This document shows, one piece after another, positions 31,259 through 42,604 of a DNA stretch of 64,000 bases. The notes under the pieces are model-generated. The model was not told where the DNA came from, ran no database searches, and saw nothing but the letters and a program-made list of their open reading frames with translations. The DNA comes from a virus (lineage: Duplodnaviria > Caudoviricetes): the IMG/VR virus record IMGVR_UViG_3300005259_000074, positions 32,001-96,000 of that record. One strand, 5' to 3'. Both the position numbers and the translations under genes were made by a program. Position 1 is the first letter of the stretch. Every line of letters starts with the position of its first letter.

Positions 31259-31345
31259 TAAAATAACACGCGAATGATGTTTGTAAAGGGAACTAGAGGA
31301 TTTTTCTTCAGTTTCCTTTACATCTTCATTTCAGATTGTATTATA
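31259..31345. promoter_or_regulatory. divergent early promoters
   Basis: Minus strand TTCCCTTTACA-N16-TATTTT; plus strand TTCCTTTACA (TTTACA at 31317) -N16-TATTAT. Confidence 0.6.
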
Positions 31346-31366
31346 CTTATGAAAGGAAATAAGTTT

Positions 31367-31612
31367 ATGTCAGATGGGAAAACATCATTCGCTGTGTTCA
31401 ACATCGGTGGATTTATGACGTTCTGCATTGCAAATGGCCGTCAACACGATTGCACTTATTTTGAACCCACTAAAGATCTATCTGTTTGTAAGTGGCAGAA
31501 GAGCACTCCGAGTCTATTCTGTCTAGAATGTCGGTGTAGACCAGCGAGAGACGCGGCCCAAGACCAATATTTCGCTGAGAGAGACTTAGAGCGAAAATTA
31601 GAGGACATATAG
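31367..31612 (+). CDS. Cys-rich mini-protein (tag KLEDI)
   Basis: FC...DCTYF...CKW...CRC; start reassigned to MSDGK. Confidence 0.75.
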   Translation: MSDGKTSFAVFNIGGFMTFCIANGRQHDCTYFEPTKDLSVCKWQKSTPSLFCLECRCRPARDAAQDQYFAERDLERKLEDI

Positions 31613-31620
31613 AGCTCACC

Positions 31621-32052
31621 ATGGGAATGAACTACTATTACGTAGCAACTGAAGACGATGTTCTCCGCATCATGGACGACGACGACCGGGTGAGGCAGGA
31701 CAAAATCCATATCGGAAGAAGCGCGCACGGCTGGATGTTCACGTTTCAAGCTCGCTCGAAGGCGGACTTGACCGACGCGTACTGTGGTATCGAGCACATC
31801 TCGTCGTTTCAAGAGTGGAGAGACGTGTTCGCTAAGATCCCGGGCGTCATCATCGACGAAGACAACCGAGATTATTCAGTTGAGGACTTCTTGACTTTAG
31901 TTGAAGAGACAAAGGAGTACGAAATTCAAGACTACGTGATGACGTTGGGAACACGCTTGAGTAAGAACCACTATGATGCGTACGGTCACGTCGAGATGAA
32001 TGCTTTCAAAGATGCCGAGGGTTGGTGCTTCATCACGGAGGATTTCTCCTGA
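31621..32052 (+). CDS. conserved phage hypothetical protein
   Basis: MGMNYY...IHIGRSAHGWMFTFQ motif. Confidence 0.75.
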   Translation: MGMNYYYVATEDDVLRIMDDDDRVRQDKIHIGRSAHGWMFTFQARSKADLTDAYCGIEHISSFQEWRDVFAKIPGVIIDEDNRDYSVEDFLTLVEETKEYEIQDYVMTLGTRLSKNHYDAYGHVEMNAFKDAEGWCFITEDFS

Positions 32053-35000
32053 TCATATCTCGTCCATCTTGTCGATAGCGTCGGCCTCGGCGTGCGCTAG
32101 AGAAGATGCGCACATAGTGCGAGCTGGATCACCGCGGTGGATGAAGAAAGACACACACTTACCGTCTTTGATGTCAGGTTGGAAGAACTCGCAATCTCTT
32201 CCGTCAGGAGATTCGCAGAAATAGCGGTAGAATCCCCAAGATCGTTTTTTGACGCACGCAGTCATAATTCCTCTAGTTGTTCTAGCGCTATCATCTCTCT
32301 GTTGTTGCAGATCTCCCCGTCACATGAAAAATACGTGCACACCGGATAATCGAGGTCTCTGTTGGGTTTGTACCCGGTACAGTTGCGAGCTCGCCCTCTG
32401 ATGAGACACTTCCACTCACCTAATTGTGGGTATGCGTAAAAGAATATCTCCGCGTAGTCTTTCATATCGCCTCCAGACGAGACAACACGTCACAGTCGCG
32501 GTGCGCTTTTCCCGATAGACAGTGCATTATGTCTGGGTTGTACCCGCACTCGTAAAAAGAAGGGCGAAGTCGGGAGTGGAACACCCTCCCAGGTTCGAAG
32601 TACTTACACCGTTCTTGGCCACTCGCTAGACCACAGAGGTATTCGCCGTCGTATTTCCTGCAGTAGTTTGTTGATTTAGTGCTCGTGTTGTCCACAGTGG
32701 CCTCCATCACGTTTAGATTCGATCATATGCCCTCTATCTTCATGAGTAGTCTAGCGTCCGGTGATACACACTCGTACTTACCAAACAACGGTTCATACAC
32801 AGCATTGGCGCATATATCCAGATCTTCATTCTGTCGTAAGAAACCGGAGCACTGTCTCATAGTCTTGTACCGAGGAGAACACACTCCGACACTAGAAATT
32901 CCGCCACACAATATTGTGCTACCACCATCTGAGTACATTAGACACTCATTCATCATTACATCATCCTAGTTCACAAGTTGTCGATGCTAGAGTAGATACC
33001 GATGTCGAGGATATTTCTCAAGCAGGGGTCACACAGAGCCGCTTCCATGGGCATCCTGTGGGTCTCCTTGTCTTCGAAGAACTCAGTCAAGTCTTTTGGA
33101 GCGCCGCACATGAAGCATGTTGGAATCGGATCTACTATGATCCTCTCTTTCATCTCTTGACACAGAGTCTGCAAACTTTTCTCATACAAGCGTTCAAAAG
33201 TAGACACGCCACTGAACATCTTGTGACCGATGTCTTTCTTCTTAAAAACGCACATTTTACAGTACTTATCGTCTCCACCGCATATTCTGTCTATCAAATG
33301 GCACGGAGTCGTCTGCTGTATCACGCTGGAACTGAGAGCTATGTGATCCTTCTTCGTCTTTGCAAATGGCTGCAACACTGGAAAACACGCTTCGCAGAAC
33401 CTCTGATAGCTGGCTCCGGCGAACTTGAACTCAGCTTGATCGTCCCAACACGATTTCTTTCTATGACAGTTCTCCCATTTATCATACTGAGTCCGCTCTA
33501 CTAGCCCCCTAAGCACCTTTGACATCGACACATCGGCAAATGGAATGCCCGACATGTTGAAGCTCTCTCCGTCGAATTCTATCTGGAGTTTGTCCCTTCC
33601 AGTGCGACGGACTCCTTTGACACCCCGGTCCTGGTCTGAGAAATGGTCATTCATGCTTGCGTTGCAAGCTACGACATCACCGACTTTCGCTATGCGCGTG
33701 TTACAACCACTGGAAGGAAAGCAGAAGTTGTTCGCCGACAACGACAGTGCGATATTGGCGTCTATGGGAAGATCGAACATGTCGTTTATCGCGTCTAAGA
33801 ACTGTAGTTCTTCGTCAGATATGGGATTACGAGACAAGATGAGCTCTGCAGCTAAAGCTGGCATGCTCCTACTGCCCAAGTCTACTACGAATGACGTCGT
33901 AGAGCTGTTGCTGACGAATCCTCTCCTCGTCTTCATATCTCCTCCAGGTTCTGAGTCAGTATCGCATCGTAGTTGAGACATTTCTGATCTAACGAAAAAT
34001 CGTCATCTGTTATCTGTCCTGTCTTAAAATTTGAGGAAAAGATGCAAGCGTACATGACGTTCTTCGGGCATTGCTGTGGGCATGGCATCGACATTATATC
34101 GTGATAACAACGATATTCTCCACTGTCGTCTTTCCTGCAGTGCATTCTATATCCCCTCCATCTTCATATCGGCCAACCTATCTGCGACAGCTTCGGGACA
34201 CCTGCCCCCGTGGAACTCAGCTCGGATGTCTTCGTACATACAGGTACCTACCAGAGCCGCTGATTCTTTGAAGTTCGCGCACTTTCGCTGGTAGTCGCGG
34301 CGATCTAAGCAATAATACCCTCCGCAGATCCACTTAGACCAAGCAAACTTCGACCTGGTGTTCTCCCTGCATAAGTTAGATTTGACACCGCTCATATGTT
34401 GTCCAGTTTCATCTCTATTTCCGCGTCTTCAAGGGCCGCTTTGCACACGCACACTCTCATGCCGAACCACTCGCGAGGTCCTTGATGGGAGAATCTGCAC
34501 TTATCGTATTCTCCCTCGCGCGGTTTGAAGAACTCACACGCTGACACATCGATATACTCACCAGATCCTCTCATTTGGGTCCCAGGACTCTGGCACATCC
34601 CGTACATTCCCTCGTCATTCCGGTGTATCCAGCATAAGTTAGTCATCATATCTCCTCCAACTTCGATGCGATATAACTGTCGGCCCTCGCTTCTTTAGAA
34701 TTGCAGTATGCGTACCCTCTCATGTAGTACGCGCAGATATTCTCCTTACCTTCTAGAGATGCGTAGACACACGCTTGGAACTCCCTGACTGGACCTCTTA
34801 GGTGCGAATCCGCGGCATAGTATTCCTTTTTGTACTTAGCAGTGCAGGAATAAGAGTCCGCACCATATCTATCATCATTAAACTTACAGTAGTTAGACTT
34901 CATACATCCTCCAACTTCGAGATGCTCACTCTGTCCCAGCGCGCTGCCTGACACTCGCAGCGGCAGCTGACAGGATCGTAGTACGTGCACACCCCATAGA

Positions 35001-38000
35001 GCTGGGAATCAGTTTCGTAGAAGTCACACGGTTTCTGGATCTTGACTATAGCGCGTTCCATGACGAGGTGGTTCCTGTCTTTCTCGTCGACAAACACGCA
35101 GTAGCACTCGTCTTCTGACTTCACGTACGTGCAAGCGTTGTACTCTTCTCTCACAGCTCCTCCATCTTCATTATCACCGCTGCATCAGGATGTTGGCACC
35201 TGCTGTAGTACTCCCGGGAGTTCACATCTGTCTTGTCGATGTGTTCGTGGTGCCCTCTGCGGTAGCGGCATAGCTTGTACTCCTGGTCGGCGAACATTAC
35301 ACCGCTGGATAGGCGGCTGATCTCGAACATCTCGCACTCAGCTTGTGGCCAACCGTGGTCTTTGCACACTGCGATCTCGTCGATGAACTTACACAAGTTC
35401 ATAAGTCCTCTATCTTCTCTGTTATTTTCAAGTCTTCCCAAGCTTCTACGCTGATACAAGTGGCTGGACACTTCCGATGTCGGCAGTCGAACCACTTTCC
35501 ATCCGCCCTGTCGAAGTACTTACACATGCTCATGAGTTCCCACGCAGTGCAGGTGTACTTGCGTTCGATTTCGTGTCTGGCGCAGAAGTTGACTTTGATT
35601 TCTTCGTTCATATCTTCTCGATGGCTCTGGTCAGCAGTTCGTCCGTCATCGCGTCTCCGTTCAGACATATGACGTACCCGATGTCCCTCGCGTAAGAGTA
35701 GATGCAATCCTTAGAGCAGTTCTTTCCTTTCATGAATGCGCTGTATTTGCAGTATCTGTCTGGAGGCATCCCGGTGCTGTAATGGTCTTCGTATTCTTCG
35801 ACGGAGATGTTCCTACCGACACACATGAACTCATCGTCGACTGAGACGCACAAGTTGTCTCCTCTGCTGTAAGGATTTGACCTCATGTTCATAATTCCTC
35901 TAGTTTCTCAGCAAGTAATGCATCTGTATGTGCATCTTCACAAATACATGTAAAGAAACTGTTGTACATGCACGATGAATTCCACAATCTTCGTTTGAAA
36001 TAAGTACAATCTCGCTGTTCATCAGTGTACTCACAAGAGAACCTCAAACTATACTCTCGTGGTACCATCATCAAACGAATTAACTTGCACTTGTTCTCCT
36101 TCATAACTCTTCTATCTTTGCGTTGACTTCAGCCTCCTCTTGAGCTGTCTTGTGATTGCAGTACTCATCGTATTCTCCGCTGGTGAATTTACACCATCTT
36201 GAAGAACTACTGTCAAAGTACTTGCACTTCCAGTTGATGTCGTCGGTGCAATAGAATCTCTCAGAAGTTTTATTGTAGTTGAGCATCTTCACACACTTGT
36301 TTTCCTTCATAGCCTTTCCATCACCTCCACCGCCTGTGATTCTCGCTGTGCTGAGTAGCTCCTGCAGTACTCGTTGTGCTCTCCATCCGACTCGCGGCAA
36401 CAGTGGCGGTAGTCCCTGTAGTCGGGTGCGTAGTAGTCGCAGGGTTTCCCGCGTAATCGATAGCAGTAGAAATACCACTTTCCATTTACTACGACACTGT
36501 GACATCCATTCTTCTTCATATCTTATCTAGTCCTATGCCTATCTTAGCTTCGTCGCACTTACAGAGTCTTCCGACCCCTGTGATGAATAATTTTCCGGCG
36601 TATATGCACATCCCGCGGCACTTTAGCTTCTTGCTCCGGACGTAGTAGTCGCACTCTGTCGCCCGACCTTTCGCGCGAGTCAAGTAATTGGTGCAGTACG
36701 TCCTGCCATCAGTTTCATTCAACCGACACATGTTCACGTCATATCTCCCACATTCGGACGTCTATCAGCGCTTCTCTGTTGGTACACCTACACGACACTC
36801 TGCTGAGGCGGTCCACCTGTTTGCTGTGGACGCACGCGTTGGGGAATTCCCCATCTTCGCTGAAGTAGCAGCACTCCTTAGGATCAATGAGCATCACCGG
36901 AGCTCCACACATCAGAGATTCATCGTTCATGTTCTTCCACAGGAGACTTCTGACGTCACGCATGTCACAGCCCTCTCATCTTCAGCTCTAACAGTGCTTC
37001 ATCACTAGTGCACATGCGAAAAGGAAGAGTACTATCTATGTTCTTCCCGTACTCGCACACGTTGTCGTAGATCAAATAGTGCCTGTCCATCTCTTCATTA
37101 CAGCATCGCTCGAAGTAATCGCAGGTGGTTTGTTCAACGTTGCTACTGCTGATTATCGCGCCGCACAAGTGAGGACCGTCCTCGTTAGTTGAAAGGCAGT
37201 AGTTCACAGCTCCTCCATCTGTTTGTCTAATATAGCGTCTTTACAGAAGCAGGTGTAAGTAGTGTTAGAACTTGGGGTCTCGTATCCTTCGTATGCGCAC
37301 TTGCGAGTCCCGTCTTTCCACGATAACATATTGTTGAGTTGGTAGAAATCGCATACTAACCTAGAAGATGTGATCCACCCGCAAGTCGCTTTCCCATTTT
37401 CAGATATGTGACAGTAGTTCACAACTCCTCCAGTTTCAGGTCCATCTTCAGCGACGGACAGCAACATACCACAGTAAAATTCGAATAAGGAAGACAAAGC
37501 GCGTACTTACACGGTTGTCTGTGGTTCAACAAGTTGACTCTATTGATGACTTCGCAGTAATCGCAGAGTTCTATGCCGCGAGCGGAGTCGTAGCACCCCG
37601 AAGTACATCGGTACACACCGGCTGACTCGTAGCATGCTATCTTCATAGTTCCTCCATCGCCCTCTCCAGCTTGGCTTCTACACAAGAACACTGGAAATTC
37701 CTGTTACCGACTTCTTCTGCATGCTTACAAAAATCAGCGACTCGCTTCCTTTCGAAGAACTTGCAGTCCCTTTCTTCTCCGTCGTGAATCGGCAGCGTTG
37801 GTGGGAACCGCTTCAGATCGTAATCGTGGAACACGTGCCTGTGGCATTCCCCACTGGAAGAACACAAGTTGTGCAGTATCATAGATCCTCCACTGCGTTG
37901 TCCATCTGAGCGTCTTTACACGAGCAGAACACGTGACACGAGTCACTGGTGTCTGCGTGCACGCAGACTGGCCTCAACATGAAGGTAGAAACACCACCTA

Positions 38001-39588
38001 GGTCATCGTAGTACTCGCATTCATGATTCTTCATAGCGAGCAGCATGCAGTAGTACTTTCCATTTATCGCTTTAGAGCAGGCGTTCATAGTTCCTCTATG
38101 TTGAATTCGACTGCCGCGCTGAGGATTGCATCGCAACTGCTGCACCTATTCATCATCTTCCAGCCTATGTCGGAAGAGACGTCTACTTCGAAAGCGCACC
38201 CTAAGTAGGTCACGTACTTGATGTGGGTTGAAGATGGTTGTTCTACCGCTTTTTTCCGAGAAAAGGGATCGAATTCACATGGTTGAGATAATATGTTTTT
38301 CGCCATCTCGTGTCGCTTAGTGCAGTAAGCCACTCGCGTGGTGTTTTCGCGCTCTATCTTGCAGTAGTTCATCATAACTCTTCCATCTGTTTGTCTAGTA
38401 TAGCTTCTTTGCTATTGCACAGAGCAGCCGTACCTCTTAGATTTTCGTACATACACCTCTGTATCATCTTACTGAAGATTTCTCCTGGTTCATAGTATAC
38501 ACACTCACAACTACCTAATATAGTTTGACAGTAATAAGTCTTATCGATCAGAACGCACTTGTTGTCTTTCACAACCTCTCCAACGCATATGACAGCTTAG
38601 CTTCTTTCGCCGCTTCTTCGCAATAGCACTGGTGCCCGTGGCAGTGGAGACAGCCGTTCTTGTCATCGCCACGAGACACGAAGTACTTGCACTCCTCTGC
38701 AGCCATGTCAAAGAACTCTGACTTGCGCCAGCACATCTCCCTTTTTACAGAGCACATGTTGATTAAACGTTTCACAATTCCTCCAGCACGTCGGCAATTG
38801 GGTCTGTTGCAGCGATAGCGACGGGATTTTTACACACTCTAATGTTGGGGTTCGATTTAAGTATCCCGGCGAACTGACACCAAGACTTGTGGGACTTCTT
38901 GAAGAACTTACATCCATCCCACATCGACATTCCAGATAGTGAAACGCACTTCCATCCAGCGACCCGGTCGTACTTACACATGTTAGTCTTCATATCTCTT
39001 CAATCTTCGCTGCGGTGATGGCTTCTTCGCAAGTGCACAACTTCATGCGCCTAACTCCAGATAAATTCTCGTATATTAACGTCTTCGTGTGTGCGCACAT
39101 TACCCACCACGTAGTGGGATTCCGATAGTCGCACGCCCCTCGCGAAGTCAGATTGACACACAATGCTCTACCTTCTTCGTCTATTTTACAGTGGTTCATA
39201 TGTCTTTTATCTTAGCTTCGAGACACGCCGGCTCACAACGACACACATAACCGCTAGATATCTGTACGCTAAACTTGCACTTCTCCAGACTCATGTCTGA
39301 GTACTCACACTGACTCATCGAGTAGAAACCAGTCCCAAGACACACGAACGCGTCTCCAGCAGCTTCGCAGAGGGTGTAATCGCACTTGTGCTCTTCTTCA
39401 GAGAACTTTATGGCTGTTCCACACTTGCATACGTACCGAGAGTCCCTGTGCCACTCTGCATAAAAGCACTTGTTGCAACCGGTATCTTGCTGCACGTAGT
39501 GGACGCACTCCTTCTGTCCAGCGTCTTTGACACTACAGTAGTTGCCAGTCTCGTTCCTGACGCACAAGTTGTTTGGGAGCTCCAACAA
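32053..39588 (-). repeat. Cys-rich mini-protein array F, 28 CDS (32053..32265, 32262..32465, 32462..32710, 32723..32956, 33933..34145, 34147..34395, 34392..34649, 34646..34903, 34900..35154, 35151..35402, 35399..35611, 35608..35892, 35889..36104, 36101..36310, 36307..36519, 36516..36737, 36739..36963, 36965..37207, 37204..37422, 37419..37646, 37643..37882, 37879..38088, 38085..38375, 38372..38572, 38569..38775, 38772..38993, 38990..39199, 39196..39588)
   Basis: Cys skeleton and tag in every member; near-continuous overlap chain, interrupted by 32971..33936. Confidence 0.9.
32971..33936 (-). CDS. GFVSNSS-leader protein with Cys-rich C-terminal part and tag SIDNL
   Basis: Start reassigned to MKTRRGFVSNSSTTSF at the ATGA overlap; several CxxC motifs. 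Confidence 0.75.
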   Translation of the reverse strand: MKTRRGFVSNSSTTSFVVDLGSRSMPALAAELILSRNPISDEELQFLDAINDMFDLPIDANIALSLSANNFCFPSSGCNTRIAKVGDVVACNASMNDHFSDQDRGVKGVRRTGRDKLQIEFDGESFNMSGIPFADVSMSKVLRGLVERTQYDKWENCHRKKSCWDDQAEFKFAGASYQRFCEACFPVLQPFAKTKKDHIALSSSVIQQTTPCHLIDRICGGDDKYCKMCVFKKKDIGHKMFSGVSTFERLYEKSLQTLCQEMKERIIVDPIPTCFMCGAPKDLTEFFEDKETHRMPMEAALCDPCLRNILDIGIYSSIDNL

Positions 39589-39605
39589 ATTTCATCCTTC
39601 GTTTA

Positions 39606-39640
39606 CTATAATCTACACCACAATTGACATTTGTAAAGGG
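39606..39640 (-). promoter_or_regulatory. early promoter heading array F
   Basis: TTCCCTTTACA-N16-TAGATT; a divergent TTGACT-N17-TAGTAT lies on the plus strand at about 39663-39691. Confidence 0.65.
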
Positions 39641-39711
39641 AAATCTGAGAAAAATTTCTATTTTGACTCCGGCATCCATTTCGCCTAGTATTCTACTGGA
39701 AAGGAGGACTC

Positions 39712-40008
39712 GTGAAGAAGTTATTGTTGACTCCGGAAGAAGACGCCGTGTTAGATGAGGCGTTCACTCGGATAGCTGATGTCCTAGAAGTCGCAGTATG
39801 CTCGTGCGATCCCGAAGTCGAGAGCGACGAGGGTACTCGTAGAAAAATTGATCGAGTGCTCCAATGGTTTGTCGCAGAGGGGTTCTTCTTGGGCTTCATC
39901 TCTCGTGTATTAGAAGAAGAGAGAATTTACGCCAACGGAGTGTATCTAGCACCGATAGAAGTGACTATAATGTTCGAAAGCGGAGCGACAATAGTCGATA
40001 AAATATGA
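39712..40008 (+). CDS. hypothetical protein with tag IVDKI
   Basis: AGGAGG RBS, GTG start. Confidence 0.7.
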   Translation: MKKLLLTPEEDAVLDEAFTRIADVLEVAVCSCDPEVESDEGTRRKIDRVLQWFVAEGFFLGFISRVLEEERIYANGVYLAPIEVTIMFESGATIVDKI

Positions 40009-42315
40009 TCATGGGGTTAGACTACATCTACTTAGAACGGGGGAGGGGACCTGCGTACAGCATCTTCGATAAGAAGATGAAGTGTCTTGGTCTCTCAGGT
40101 AAGTCTATCCCAGGGTGCAAGTTCTATGTCAGAAAGAAGAAGCTCATCCCCTTCTTGGTACTCAAACTACTGCAAGTGAAGGAGGAAGATCGGTGCACTC
40201 CTTTCGAAGTGGGTGACCTAGCCGACATCACCTGCGAGTTCCACAGAGAGAAAAACACTTGTGAAAATCCCGAAGTCAAACTGGAGTTTGCCCTAGAAGA
40301 GGTATGACTGTGTTGAAAAGTAAGCGCGAGAGCTTGTGTAAGATTGGAGATGGGTACTATTCGTGCAACTTTGAGTTCAGATTCTTTGACGACTGCGTCC
40401 ACTTTGAACATCTCGACAAAAGGCACATTCCAGGCGTCTGTAAATTCTTTAGGTCAGTCGTAGACACTAACACTATGAAGCTGAGATGCATATGCTCGTG
40501 TCTCGAAGCGGCGGCCGCCGCTGAATTGGAGAACTTGTGAGCGAGAACTTCTGCCGGCTCAGAGAGACAGGATACGAGTGTGTTGGCTGTGCTGTCTACA
40601 ACAATGGTGGGTTAGGTTGCACATTCAGGAAATCCGCACTTGGGTCGCAGTGTTCATTCGTCCGAGTTGATGTCGTCGAGCTGTCAGAATGCAAACATGT
40701 CATGTTCTACCACTGCGGGAGTAGAGACGCTCAGATCGAAGCTAAACTCGAGGAAGTCTGATGATCTTGAAGAACATGTGTCAAACGTATTTCAACGATG
40801 GAGTGGGAATGCTAGGCGGAATTTGTCCGCTCAAGGTGAATGATACTGGGTGTGTTCATTTCATAGCGTTCGTCGACGTTAATAAGAACATCTATTGCAT
40901 GCACTTAGGAGTCGCTGGCAACTGCTACTGCTCTAAAGCGATCAGAGAGAACACCACTCCTGACATGAGAACACTCCAAATTCTAGAGGAAATGTGATGG
41001 AAAACTGCTGCGTCCCTAATAGAGACGGAACATTCAAGTGCACTGCGTACGCTCCCATATCAGGCAACCACTGCAGGGTGTGCAAGTACTACGAGTCATG
41101 GTACTTGATGTACTTCGGAGAGTGTAAACACCTCTGGAGGACTAACGCAGGATCGCTCACTCGCTGCGAGTGCACTAACGAGTGGGCGCGCATCGGAGAG
41201 GCAATGGAGGAGATATGAGCATTCCCAAATCGACGCTGCGCATCGACGTATACGACACGCACAGACGGGTCCCGGTTGAACTGATCGATCCCATGTGCGA
41301 GCAGATGGTGCAACTAGAAGAAGAGGGTATGCTGTTGACCAACAAGTTGGGCATCACGCCCGGGCGTCTATTCTCCGCTGAGTCGTTCAGGAGTGATGAA
41401 TTTGGTCTGACTGCTCCCGAAGATTCGGTGTTCTTCGCGCTGATGGACGATCGCGTGCTGGCGGGATACTCTCTGTACAGGCACAACGCAGGCAGGTTGA
41501 GGATAAGTGCGCTGTACGTCGTCCTAGAGTACCGGGGACGAGGGAACGGCCGCAGATTGCTAGAGTGCGTGTTGGCCCACATCGAGGAACACTATCCGTG
41601 TTCCAGCGTGGAGATCGGAGTCATCGCTAACAACACCCGAGCTCTGAAGTTGTACGAAGACTTAGGTTTCACAGTCCCGACTCACTACACGTTCATGAGA
41701 TCGAAATGAACTGCTGCCGCATACTCAGAGCGATAGAACCGTGCGAAGAGTACCCTCGTGGGGAGATTGAGACGTCCTGTGGTGCCGAAGATGATTTCAG
41801 GTCGTGTGAGCACGCCTTTCTAGCTGAAAATGATAGGTGCATGCACTGGTGTTTAGGGTACGACAGCTGTCGGTGTCATCAAGCTATCATAGATAATCTG
41901 CCAAGAGACATCAAAATTTGGTTGAAATTAAACGACATATGAAAACTAACGAATGTTTATATGTTATATTCTTAAACGGAAGAGGCGGGTATTGGTGCAA
42001 TGCAGCTCTCGCGCATAGCGCCGTCAGCAAAGAAGTGACTTTCAACGGTTGGATAGAGCGAATGAACCACTGCGAGGGTTTCTCACTAGAAGAGGGAAAC
42101 ACTTTCTGCAAGTACTTCAAGGAGAAGGAGACGACGTGCACTCACCGAAGATTGAGAAAAGAAGCTCGCCTCCTTTACAAATTAGAAGAACTGTGACGAG
42201 AGAGGAAGAGATCATCGATGAATGTATGATGACTTTGCTAAAAGAAGCTTTCGCAAAGGCGATAGATGAAATTACAAGTGATATGGAAGCAGATGATAGA
42301 CTAGAAAAGTTATGA
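40005..42315 (+). repeat. Cys-rich mini-protein array G (40005..40307, 40304..40540, 40537..40761, 40761..40997, 40994..41218, 41706..41942, 41939..42196, plus Cys-poor tagged 42193..42315)
   Basis: Skeleton, tag and overlaps; interrupted by a GNAT gene. Confidence 0.85.
41215..41709 (+). CDS. GNAT family acetyltransferase
   Basis: ISALYVVLEYRGRGNGRRLL (motif A) and NNTRALKLYEDLGF. Confidence 0.88.
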   Translation: MSIPKSTLRIDVYDTHRRVPVELIDPMCEQMVQLEEEGMLLTNKLGITPGRLFSAESFRSDEFGLTAPEDSVFFALMDDRVLAGYSLYRHNAGRLRISALYVVLEYRGRGNGRRLLECVLAHIEEHYPCSSVEIGVIANNTRALKLYEDLGFTVPTHYTFMRSK

Positions 42316-42319
42316 CGAC

Positions 42320-42604
42320 TCACTTGACAGTGATGATTGACTCTACTGAGTTCTCTTTATAGGATTTGACTACTTCGACACCCGCTGCTCTAAGAGCTTT
42401 CTCAGCACTCTGGGCCTGTTTGGTGAGCACGTATAGGTCTAGCGTGTCATCATCTTCATTGGGAAGAGGACGACGAGTGAGGTATCTCTTGATGACTTCT
42501 TCGGGTGTTCTGTTCTGCTTGTTTTCTATCAGAGCAGTCTCAGCGATGGCAGCCATGATAGACTCGACCATCTTCTTATTCACCAGATCTTGGCTCATTT
42601 CCAC
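42320..42604 (-). CDS. hypothetical protein, late operon
   Basis: Overlaps the end of 42595..42966. Confidence 0.6.
   Translation of the reverse strand: MEMSQDLVNKKMVESIMAAIAETALIENKQNRTPEEVIKRYLTRRPLPNEDDDTLDLYVLTKQAQSAEKALRAAGVEVVKSYKENSVESIITVK

Noticed and set aside
27258-39588. Stop-codon reassignment or read-through making array polyproteins
   Set aside because: Neighbours are offset by the 4-nt overlap, so read-through would not fuse them. The tag ends at TGA, TAG and TAA alike, and the core genes are uninterrupted in the standard code.
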